DNA from: Lysobacterales bacterium
GTDB lineage: Bacteria > Pseudomonadota > Gammaproteobacteria > Xanthomonadales > Wenzhouxiangellaceae
DNA length: 64,000 nucleotides
Reading direction: 5' to 3'
Assembly (NCBI GenBank): GCA_022360675.1
Contig: JAKSCJ010000259.1
Span: 4,169 to 68,168 of the forward strand
A model generated the notes under the pieces. That model did not search any database, had not been told where the DNA came from, and saw only the letters and a program-made list of their open reading frames with translations. Each line of letters begins with the position of its first letter. Positions within the stretch are counted from its first letter, which is position 1. Position numbers and translations under genes: made by a program. Positions 42,722 through 50,931 of the stretch are shown in pieces.

Positions 42722-44329
42722 TCATACGTTAGCGGTATATTGTTGTTGCGCCGCTAACATTTTGCCCAAGCTAATGCGCAAGGCAGAAGCTGATATTGGT
42801 TTGGCTAGCAATAAAAAGTTAGGGTTTTGATTAACCCGCACACTTTCCTCGCTAGGTACCGAACCGGTGAGCATCACCACGGGAATGTCTGGATCGAGGC
42901 GTCGCACCATTTGCATTGCCTCCACGCCCACACCGTCTTCAAGGAGATAATCGGTGATGAATAAATCCGTTATTGGTAAATCCGTTATTGGGTGCTTGTG
43001 CTGTGTTTCGTTTTGCTGTTCTCGTAGCCACTGCTTTAATTCGCCTATGCCGCTAAGCAATGTGGGCTGTAAACCCCATTCACTTAAAACGATATCTAAC
43101 CATTCCCGTAGGTCTGGGTCGTCATCGAGTACCAAGACCCGGCCACTGATGGGTGTTAGTGGCTGTTCGTCGGGAATCGGTGCTGGCACTACAAACTGAA
43201 AGCAAGCGCCTGGATATTCTTTATTATTCGTTTGCTGCAATAATTCTAAATTGCCGCCCATTAATTGAGCGAGTTGGCGGCAGATGGACAATCCTAAACC
43301 GGCACCGCCACCGGGTGCCGATTCGCCCCGCTCGTAGGCGCGGAAGATGCGCTCTCGATCGGCCTCGGGAATGCCTGGGCCGGTATCTTGTACGACTAAG
43401 ATCAAACGCTCTGATGCGTATGAAAACCGGGCATGTACCGAGCCTTGGCTGGTATAGCGTAAAGCATTGCCGATGAGGTTAATCGCGATCTGGCGAATAC
43501 GAACGATATCGAGCATAACCCGATCTGGTGTGTTTTCGTCACACTCAATTTGTAACTGGATGTCACGTTCTTTCGCCTGACTCTGAAATAAGTCATTGAG
43601 CAACATGACCAGCTCGCTGGGTTCGGCGGGCTCTTGGGTCAAACTCACCTGATCACGACCTAAGCGTGCTTGCTCGAGGACATTTTCGACCATGCTCGAT
43701 AAATGCCAGGCCGAGCGGCGAATGGCCGCCAAGTGATGCCTTTGAGCGGCTTTCGCTAAGGGATCGTCTTGTCGTTGGAGTAAATCGGTGTAACCCAAAA
43801 TGGCATTTAACGGCGTGCGGAATTCGTGCGACATCATGGCGATATAACGCGCTTGTGCCTGATTTAACGCCGCCAACTCATTGCGTTGTTGTTCTAATTC
43901 GTTGCGCTGGGCTTCGATGGCGGCATTCGCGCGGCTGAGTTGATCTAAAGTGCGTTGCTGGCGGCTGCTCAACAAGCGCACTTCGTTGGCTTGTTGCTGC
44001 TGCGCTTGTACTAAGCGGTGTTGTTCGCTGGCATCGAACAATAAAATAAAACGGCGCTGCTCTGCTTGGCGTAACTCGATATGGGCGATGGCGCCTGTGG
44101 GCAGTGTGACGAAGGACAGCGATAAGGGCTCGCCCATATCCATGCCTTGAAGAAAATCCAAACCCGGCGGCAGAATTTCGCCTAAGGTGAGATGCTCTAA
44201 ACCATAGCGCGCTGCCGGTCCGTCGTAGGCTACCAAGCAGAACAGGCTGTCGTATTCAATGCATAAGGGCGCTGCGAGCCGCTCGATTTGCTTCGCCATG
44301 AAGTGTTGAATCGGCTCTGGCAGGTTCAT
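42722..44329 (-). CDS. Cytoplasmic hybrid sensor histidine kinase (unassigned ~120-aa N-domain, coiled coil, HisKA, HATPase_c, REC)
   Basis: No TM segment. H-box MSHEFRTPLNAILGYTDLL, N-box LIGNALRYT, G-boxes VQDTGPGIP and GGAGLGLSI. REC domain: VLVLDDDPD ... FITDYLLEDG ... VVMLTGS ... LLAKP. ATGA overlap with the GTPase gene. Confidence 0.9.
   Translation of the reverse strand: MNLPEPIQHFMAKQIERLAAPLCIEYDSLFCLVAYDGPAARYGLEHLTLGEILPPGLDFLQGMDMGEPLSLSFVTLPTGAIAHIELRQAEQRRFILLFDASEQHRLVQAQQQQANEVRLLSSRQQRTLDQLSRANAAIEAQRNELEQQRNELAALNQAQARYIAMMSHEFRTPLNAILGYTDLLQRQDDPLAKAAQRHHLAAIRRSAWHLSSMVENVLEQARLGRDQVSLTQEPAEPSELVMLLNDLFQSQAKERDIQLQIECDENTPDRVMLDIVRIRQIAINLIGNALRYTSQGSVHARFSYASERLILVVQDTGPGIPEADRERIFRAYERGESAPGGGAGLGLSICRQLAQLMGGNLELLQQTNNKEYPGACFQFVVPAPIPDEQPLTPISGRVLVLDDDPDLREWLDIVLSEWGLQPTLLSGIGELKQWLREQQNETQHKHPITDLPITDLFITDYLLEDGVGVEAMQMVRRLDPDIPVVMLTGSVPSEESVRVNQNPNFLLLAKPISASALRISLGKMLAAQQQYTANV
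42962..42991. repeat. Perfect 15-bp tandem duplication inside the REC-coding region
   Basis: The plus strand reads TAAATCCGTTATTGG x2. This is in frame on the minus strand and gives PITDL-PITDL immediately before FITDY (the predicted phospho-acceptor Asp strand). Confidence 0.95.
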
Positions 44330-44883
44330 CCCAGCATTTCCATGGCAGTGGGGGCGATCATGGCACGCGCGAGGCGGTCAAAGGCCTCGGGCACGGCTTC
44401 ACCACTTAGGGCACTGGTGCACAGTATGTTCCAGCCGAGATCGCGTTGCTGTTGTATCCAGCTGTCGGGCACTTGCCATTGTTCGCTAAGGTCGTGTTTG
44501 TTCAACAGCATGATGAAAGGGCGTGGCCCCAGGCTGCGTACCACTTGTTGTTGAATGTGCACCGCGTTATGAACGGTATCCATACGGCTGCCATCGGCCA
44601 CCAATAAGTACCCCTGCATGCCTTGAATATACATTTGGCTCTGCGGGCCCAGCTCAGCCTCGCCGGCTAAATCCCACAACACCATTTTGACCTTGGTGGC
44701 TTCTGTGCTGCTGTTATCTTGGCTGGAGGCTGCATCAATGGTGACTTCGCAGGTGTCGATCTTGACACCCACGGTGGTTTGATAACTGGCATCGAACACA
44801 CCGGTTACAAAGCGCCGCACAAGGCTGCTTTTGCCGACGGCAAAATTACCCAGCATGCAAATTTTACGGCTGACTTCATTCAC
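44326..44883 (-). CDS. Ras-superfamily small GTPase (MglA/Rup/CvnD-like)
   Basis: G1 GNFAVGKS, G2 region YQTTVGV, G3 WDLAGEAE, G4 NKHD, G5 TSAL. About 185 aa. The GTG start at 44883 overlaps the upstream gene by 8 nt. Confidence 0.85.
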   Translation of the reverse strand: MNEVSRKICMLGNFAVGKSSLVRRFVTGVFDASYQTTVGVKIDTCEVTIDAASSQDNSSTEATKVKMVLWDLAGEAELGPQSQMYIQGMQGYLLVADGSRMDTVHNAVHIQQQVVRSLGPRPFIMLLNKHDLSEQWQVPDSWIQQQRDLGWNILCTSALSGEAVPEAFDRLARAMIAPTAMEMLG

Positions 44884-46759
44884 GAATGTTCACCACAATC
44901 TCACAATAACGCAGGGCCGCATTAAAACCGGGCGGCGGGCGTTCTAGTTGGGCGTCGGCTTGAAGAATAGATGGGTCGACGCCAGCGCTCAGCAAGGCGT
45001 CTCGGCTTGCTTCAGCACGGGCGCGGCGGATTTCAAGATTAACGTCCCAAGTATCGACGCCGTCGCTCATGCCGAGCAATTGAATGCTAATGGACTGCCC
45101 TGTAGTTGCTGCCAAGTGTTCGAGCTGTTGTATCTGTTTAGCCATTTCGGAGATACGTTGTTGGCTTTCAGAATCGAACACAATGCCACTATTAAAGTTT
45201 AATCGGCTGCCATTGAGGCTTTCAATGATTTGGCTCAATTGTTGGTGTTCGGCTACAGCCAGTTGCTGGGTGTTAGATTGGTAATAAATTGGAAGTTTAG
45301 CAATAAGTTGCGGAAGCTTCTTATGCCACGCTAGAGGTGCCTGGCCCGTAAAAATAAGTTCTGTGTCCTGTTGTGACATCTGGCTGCTGGCGGGCAGCTC
45401 TAAGGCTTGGCTCAGCGCTGCGTGGTCGAGCTGAGGCAGCGTTAAGGTCCATTGCGGCGCTAGCAGCGCTTGGCTTTGCCGCAATTGTTGCCATTGTTGC
45501 GTCGTTAATTGACCTTCTACACGTAGGTGTTGGTCTACCACGCTAAGCTTTGCTCGCGCTTCAGGGTCTGCGTTATCAATGTGGGCGGCATGTTGTAAGC
45601 GCTTTAGCAGTAGCTCTTGTTCCTGCGATAAATAGCTTTGCTCGCGTAAATTGATACGTTGCGGGGCTAATGCCACGGCTTCCAGGACTGCGGCTCGATT
45701 AGGTGCCAGCGGATCGCGCAGTAGGGTGCCACTGATCTGGCCGTCTTGAATACGGCTATCGAATAGCATTAAACCGGGCGTTTGATCTACATACTGTTGC
45801 AGCCGTTGTTGATCTTGCTTCAGCTGCCAAGTATGCAAAGCCCATACGCCCGTTAGCAGCAATAATGCGGCGATGCCCAAACCCCAGGCTAAACGGGCGG
45901 GGCCTCGTTCGGGTGATTTTGGACGCTGTTCGACCAGATGTTGATCGAGCAGGGCATCGACTTGGCTGTGCTGAATTTTATTGCCTTGATATTGCTGCAG
46001 TTCATCACGCAGCAAACGATGCACCGACTCCAAAGATTCATGCATGCCTTCGCGCAAAGACAAGGGTGGTTCGCCTTCAATGACGGCGGCTAAAATGGCG
46101 TCGGGGCCGTTAATTAACCACAGGCTGGCACCGCCCATTTCCACTGTGCGCAGTGGATCTTCAGCGATATCGGTTAGCGACTGACGGAGAAAGTTCTGAA
46201 TGGCGGTAAGCATGCTGGCCACAGCATCTTGGTCGAGTGCCAGTACCTCGCGCCGGCTACGACGCACCATCATCAGGCCGGTATTGCGGTGAATGAGAAA
46301 TAACTCATTGACACTGAACGACAAGCTGTGACGCAAAACAATTTGCGCAAAGGGCTCGCCACTACGCCAAGACTCTAAACGCCAGCGCCAGGCCCGTGGC
46401 GATAAACCATGCTCTAAAGCGAGATTAATGCGCTGAACGGCGCTACGCAGGCTTTCTTGTACCGCCCGGCGAATAGCTGGCCCCATTACCGGGAAAAGCA
46501 AAGAGGCGACGCTTTCGCGATCACGCTCGATACTCTCGTGGAGGGCGGCGGTTACCGGGCTCGATAAGCTGGCGCGCAGATCGGGATCGCCACGCAGCTG
46601 ATCTAGCGTTTGCGGTAAATCGCTACGCAGACGCTGTTGGCGTTGGTCGGATTGTTGTTGGTTTTCGAGCTGATCGAGCCGTTCACGCTCGTGGTTCAGC
46701 AGCAATTCCTGCAAGCGCTCCCATTCGGTCATAAGCTGATCACTCGGCGGCAGTGCCAA
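44876..46759 (-). CDS. Bitopic membrane protein: cytoplasmic coiled coil plus Roadblock/LC7-like module, one TM, periplasmic region ending in an OmpA/MotB-like peptidoglycan-binding domain
   Basis: TM LAWGLGIAALLLLTGVWALHTW at about residues 290-312. Cytoplasmic segment ELFLIHRNTGLMMV...LDQDAVASMLTAIQNF...RTVEMGGASLWLINGPDAILAAVIEGEP fits the Roadblock/MglB pattern. The C-terminus IQLLGMSDGVDTWDVNLEIRRARAEASRDALLSAGV fits the OmpA_C pattern. The start is TTG 46759 or ATG 46732. Confidence 0.75.
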   Translation of the reverse strand: MALPPSDQLMTEWERLQELLLNHERERLDQLENQQQSDQRQQRLRSDLPQTLDQLRGDPDLRASLSSPVTAALHESIERDRESVASLLFPVMGPAIRRAVQESLRSAVQRINLALEHGLSPRAWRWRLESWRSGEPFAQIVLRHSLSFSVNELFLIHRNTGLMMVRRSRREVLALDQDAVASMLTAIQNFLRQSLTDIAEDPLRTVEMGGASLWLINGPDAILAAVIEGEPPLSLREGMHESLESVHRLLRDELQQYQGNKIQHSQVDALLDQHLVEQRPKSPERGPARLAWGLGIAALLLLTGVWALHTWQLKQDQQRLQQYVDQTPGLMLFDSRIQDGQISGTLLRDPLAPNRAAVLEAVALAPQRINLREQSYLSQEQELLLKRLQHAAHIDNADPEARAKLSVVDQHLRVEGQLTTQQWQQLRQSQALLAPQWTLTLPQLDHAALSQALELPASSQMSQQDTELIFTGQAPLAWHKKLPQLIAKLPIYYQSNTQQLAVAEHQQLSQIIESLNGSRLNFNSGIVFDSESQQRISEMAKQIQQLEHLAATTGQSISIQLLGMSDGVDTWDVNLEIRRARAEASRDALLSAGVDPSILQADAQLERPPPGFNAALRYCEIVVNIRE

Positions 46760-46821
46760 CAGCGTAGTAAGAACTACGCTGTGGTGTGGTCATCGGATTG
46801 GGCACGACAAGGGCCGCCGGA

Positions 46822-47334
46822 TCAGGCGGACTGATCGCTGTCGACGGCAACCGGGGGGCGTATGGTGTCCGCCAAACCGGTGAGCAAGTCGGCCAATTGA
46901 CCGCGGCTGACCTTATCGCGTGTGAGCTGATCTTGCCGCTGTTGATGGCGTTGATCCAGGTTGTCGATAACGTCGCGCAGGTCTTTGTCCATGGCAGCCA
47001 AAGCACTGCGGAAGTCGTCTTCAACGGCACTGATGCGATTTTCGTGATCTTGCGCTTGTTGCTGTAAACGGCGCTCCAGTTCAGCGATCGCTTGTTCGCG
47101 GCTGTCGTGCTCGTTTTGTAACTGGCGCTGGAATTGATCTTCGAGCTGCTGAAAGCGTTCGTTAACGTTGGCTTCCAGCTGGGCGATACGTTGATCAAGC
47201 TGACGATAACTCTCACCAAAGAGCAGCTCGCGCACTTGATTCATGTTGTCGTTTGTCATCAGGCTCTGTTGATTGTTATCACCTGACTGCTGGTCTGCAG
47301 CGGTGTTGTCGGCCTGTTTATTCTTCTGCCCCAT
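46822..47334 (-). CDS. Coiled-coil protein (Gln/Asp/Arg-rich), first-gene-coupled
   Basis: 170 aa, with heptad-like sequence throughout. Its ATG overlaps the stop of the response-regulator gene (TAATG). An N-terminal motif (VRELLFGESYRQLDQRIAQLE) is echoed at the N-terminus of the 627-aa protein (LQELLLNHERERLDQLE). Confidence 0.7.
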   Translation of the reverse strand: MGQKNKQADNTAADQQSGDNNQQSLMTNDNMNQVRELLFGESYRQLDQRIAQLEANVNERFQQLEDQFQRQLQNEHDSREQAIAELERRLQQQAQDHENRISAVEDDFRSALAAMDKDLRDVIDNLDQRHQQRQDQLTRDKVSRGQLADLLTGLADTIRPPVAVDSDQSA

Positions 47335-48029
47335 TAATGTTCCTCAGACAATCGTTCCAGTCGATAACCGTAGTGGTAAACGGCTTGTAAATTCCAACCA
47401 TTTTCAGGGCGCAAATGCAGTTTTTGGCGCACCCGGCTTACGTGGGTATCGACGGTGCGGGTCTGCAGTTGCCCGGTCGCGCCCCATACTTGATGCAGCA
47501 GGGTTTCGCGCGACAAAATGCGACCTAGGTTTTCGAAAAAGTACAAAGCAAGATCAAATTCACGCGCGGTCAGGCTGATTTCTTCACCGTGGTGCGAACA
47601 AACCCGGCGCTTGCGATCGAATTGGTATTCGCCCACCACGAGTAAATCGGCGGGTGGCTCTTTCAAGCCGGTGCGGCGTGCTAAAGCCTGGATGCGGGCG
47701 GTAAGCACGGGGCGTGCTAAAGGTTTGACGAGGTAATCGTCGGCACCATTGTTGAGGGCTTCGACGATGGATTCTTCCTCATCGCGGCCGGTGGTGAAAA
47801 TCACCGGTAAATTCCAACCCAATTGACGACTAATCCAATTCAGGACCTCCATGCCGTCCATATCGGGTACGCACCAGTCCAACAGCACCATGTCGAAAAT
47901 TTCGCCTTTCAGTGCACGGACCAAAGCGGCGCCAGTGGAAAAAATAACCAGTTCTATATCGGTGTCCTGTAGCCACAAGCGCATGATGTGCGCTTGATCG
48001 CTATCGTCTTCCAATAAGGCAATACGCAT
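47334..48029 (-). CDS. OmpR/PhoB-family response regulator (REC plus winged helix)
   Basis: MRIALLEDD, VLLDWCVPDMDG, TTGRD, DDYLVKP, then LTAREFDLALYF ... VDTHVSRVRQKL ... GYRL. Confidence 0.92.
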   Translation of the reverse strand: MRIALLEDDSDQAHIMRLWLQDTDIELVIFSTGAALVRALKGEIFDMVLLDWCVPDMDGMEVLNWISRQLGWNLPVIFTTGRDEEESIVEALNNGADDYLVKPLARPVLTARIQALARRTGLKEPPADLLVVGEYQFDRKRRVCSHHGEEISLTAREFDLALYFFENLGRILSRETLLHQVWGATGQLQTRTVDTHVSRVRQKLHLRPENGWNLQAVYHYGYRLERLSEEH

Positions 48030-48532
48030 TCGATCAGCCTTCTTCTTAGGTTGTTCTAACCGGCAGCCTGCGCTGGTTCAAGCCTGCCACCAGGAGGAAG
48101 TGAGCGCTTGTTCGCGCTTTTTAAGCTCTTCCTTGCGCGTCCAGCATTAGTGATGGACGCCCGATCTTGTGAGCGATTACCACAGCTTTGGTGTGGTAAT
48201 TGGCACCAATGGGGATTAGCACCGGTAACGCCTTAACAGCAAGCGCACTTATTGGCGTTGGGGAAGCCGTTAAAGTTGTCATTTGTTATCTAAAGCTGTA
48301 CCAAAAACCATTGTGATACAGAAATTAGAATAATGTAAAACGCGTTGCGTCAATTGTAGCAAACTGTTTATTACATGCGGGAAATTGTGATAGCCGGTTA
48401 TGCTGATCAGTTTTTTTTATTGAGTACAAGAGCTATATTGGCCAGCTGTATTTAACCGTTCGTCTTCAAGGTGTGCGCAGCCTGCTTAAGTGGTGGGTGC
48501 GACACCGGCAAGCAAGCAAGAAAAGGCATCCC

Positions 48533-48808
48533 ATGGCAAGTATCGATTTAAGCCGCAGCCACTCTCTGGGCCAAAGCCAAGCCCGCGAAAAGGCCGATGA
48601 ACTGGCTGCTGAGTTGTCGCAACAGTTTGATTTTGATCACAGTTGGGAAGGCGACATCATGCACTTTGAGCGCCCCGGCGTGAATGGAACCATTGAGGTG
48701 AGCGCTTCTTCAATTCGGGTTTGCGCCGACTTGAGCCTCTTTTTGATGGCATTAAAGCCCACCATTCAAAACGAAATTAATCGCTATTTAGAAAAACATT
48801 TTCAATAG
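48533..48808 (+). CDS. Putative polyhydroxyalkanoic acid system protein (PHA_gran_rgn-type small protein)
   Basis: ATG 48533 gives MASIDLSRSHSLGQSQAREKADELA...WEGDIMHFERPGVNGTIEVSASSIRV...LKPTIQNEINRYLEKHF. This matches my recollection of the ~90-aa family (TIGR02610-like). Confidence 0.75.
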   Translation: MASIDLSRSHSLGQSQAREKADELAAELSQQFDFDHSWEGDIMHFERPGVNGTIEVSASSIRVCADLSLFLMALKPTIQNEINRYLEKHFQ

Positions 48809-48939
48809 TGTGCTAACGCTGTTGGGGCTTGGCAGTGGCGCACTTTGGCTTTCACTGTCATGATTATTTTATCAATATTTTATGAATTTGACGTGACAAA
48901 AAGCTTTTAGGTGTCACGGCGAGTGCAATTCCGACCTGT

Positions 48940-49659
48940 TTAGGCAATGGCTAACTGGGCAAAGGGTTGATCTTCACCTGCAAAAATAGCCTCCATCGCA
49001 GCACCTTCGCGCGTTTTAATGGCATCGAGAAAGGTATCGGCGCCATTGAGCTGTTTGAACGCGCCAAAGCCGGTTTCTAAAAACGTCTGTAATTCGCCAA
49101 ACCCTGCCGCCACAGCGGGGCCGCGCAGTAATTTAAGTAAGCGATAAACCCAAAACTTATGCACCACGGCATCTAAAGCCTGGCCTACATGCATGATGAG
49201 CTCAATCTGGTGTTCCCGTTGTTGGGGCGTGCCTGAGCTGCGATAAGCCTGGGCATAACGACTTTGCGTAATGCGCTGGGGGTCGCTTTCAGATTGTGCG
49301 GCCAGCTGGCTGCTGATCGCTAAGTCCAGCTCCAAGCTTAAGGCTTGCACCTCTAAAGCCTCGGCCACGGTAATCAGCAAGTGATCGGGCATCATACGGC
49401 TCATGATGGGCTCGACTCGAGCTAAGTCGGCGTGGCGCTGGGAAAAATCCTGGCCGCCGTAGAGTTCGTCTAAGAAAAACGCACAAGCGGGCTGGTAGCG
49501 CTCTTGTTCTAATAAATCGGCGTAGCTCAGGTGCAAGCGTTGGCGTTGCCAGTTTTGCAAGGCGGGTAACAGTGCGCTTCCGGGTGTATCTGCGGTGCTT
49601 GCTTGGCGTAGGCGTTCGTTCCACGCCAACGATTCATGTAAACGCTCCGAGGCGCTCAT
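48940..49659 (-). CDS. Conserved hypothetical protein
   Basis: 239-aa ORF with balanced, helical composition. No motif recognised. Confidence 0.6.
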   Translation of the reverse strand: MSASERLHESLAWNERLRQASTADTPGSALLPALQNWQRQRLHLSYADLLEQERYQPACAFFLDELYGGQDFSQRHADLARVEPIMSRMMPDHLLITVAEALEVQALSLELDLAISSQLAAQSESDPQRITQSRYAQAYRSSGTPQQREHQIELIMHVGQALDAVVHKFWVYRLLKLLRGPAVAAGFGELQTFLETGFGAFKQLNGADTFLDAIKTREGAAMEAIFAGEDQPFAQLAIA

Positions 49660-49850
49660 AATGACATTCCTAATACGATGTGGGTTAAAGCGCTAAGGCG
49701 TGTGCAGCTGCGCGCGGCACTGCTGTGGTTCAGCAGCGCCACTTTGGTTCGACTGTGCTGCTTGGGTTTACCAATAGGTCGTCTGTGTTTATTGGTCTGT
49801 ATTTAATCGCACACGATTATGCGGTTTGTTTTTAGACCGTTGGCATGCGC

Positions 49851-50300
49851 TTATGCGATGGCAGCCAGTGCTTCAACCAGTTCCTCGTGCTTGCGGCGAA
49901 AAACGCTCACGCTTTCGATGTGTTCGTATTGGATGACACCTTGGGCATCTAAGATAAACACTGCGCGTTTCATGCCTAACAAGCCTTTGCAGCCATATTG
50001 TTCGGCTACTTTGAGCCCGCGATCGGTGAGCAGGGTGAAGGGTAAGTCATACTTGGCACGAAATTTTTGATGCGAATCAGCATCGTTGTGACTGATGCCC
50101 ACCACATCTACGCCCAGGTTTGTGTATTCCTCAATGCCGTCGCGATATTCGCAGAGTTGGCGCGTGCATACCGGAGTGTCGTCGCCCGGATAAAACACCA
50201 GTAATAGCTTTTGCCCACGTTTTTGCGAGAGGCTGAAATCTTCACCTGCGTGATCGGGCAGGGTGAAATCCGGCGCTTGATCGCCCACTGTCAAAGCCAT
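49851..50300 (-). CDS. bcp: Thiol peroxidase / peroxiredoxin Bcp
   Basis: LLLVFYPGDDTPVCTRQLCEY (peroxidatic and resolving Cys), about 149 aa. Confidence 0.92.
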   Translation of the reverse strand: MALTVGDQAPDFTLPDHAGEDFSLSQKRGQKLLLVFYPGDDTPVCTRQLCEYRDGIEEYTNLGVDVVGISHNDADSHQKFRAKYDLPFTLLTDRGLKVAEQYGCKGLLGMKRAVFILDAQGVIQYEHIESVSVFRRKHEELVEALAAIA

Positions 50301-50931
50301 GAAGCAACACTCCTTGCATAAACCAAAGCCCGATCATAGCGAATTCATCATCATTTTGGTGTGTGCTGCGACCACCGCTATTGGTCTTGCGTTATTCTCT
50401 GGCGGTTTTTTTGTGGGTTGTTGTCACGGCTTGGGCAAATGAGCAGGCTCGAGAAAGCACAGGCTCTAAAGTTGACACTGGTGACCCACTGCTATGGGCG
50501 GCCCACCGCCATGGCGACGGCTGAAACTGATGACTTCGTTTTAAGATTGAGTGACTTAAGAACAAGCTATAACTGTGGAGTGCTTGCCAGCGGCTGGTGT
50601 ACACTCAATAACAAAGCTGCCAATAGCACGCAGGCAAGCACAAGATCCATAACCATAATGATCGCCGCCCTGCGCTAGACTGCCCCGCGACTGACGCCAG
50701 GATGGCGAGTGTTCAGCGCGGCGGATCATCGAATATTCAATAGCGAACATCGATTACCAGGCAACCACCCCATGGCCCATTTAGGCCCCACGGCCGATGT
50801 AAGGAATTTGGCTATGGTTGGTTTGCGTGGTGCTGTCATGCAAGCCGCCTACACTGTAGCCACGACGAAGCTCAGGTACCGCTTGCCCCGACAGCGTTTA
50901 GGGCATCGGTGTGAACGCGAGGTATACATTC

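Noticed and set aside
46740-47219. 159-aa alternative-frame ORF overlapping the 170-aa coiled-coil gene
   Set aside because: Its Ser/Thr/Asn/Pro-rich, irregular composition contrasts with the regular heptad pattern and TAATG coupling of the 46822-47334 frame. Only one of the two frames can be real.
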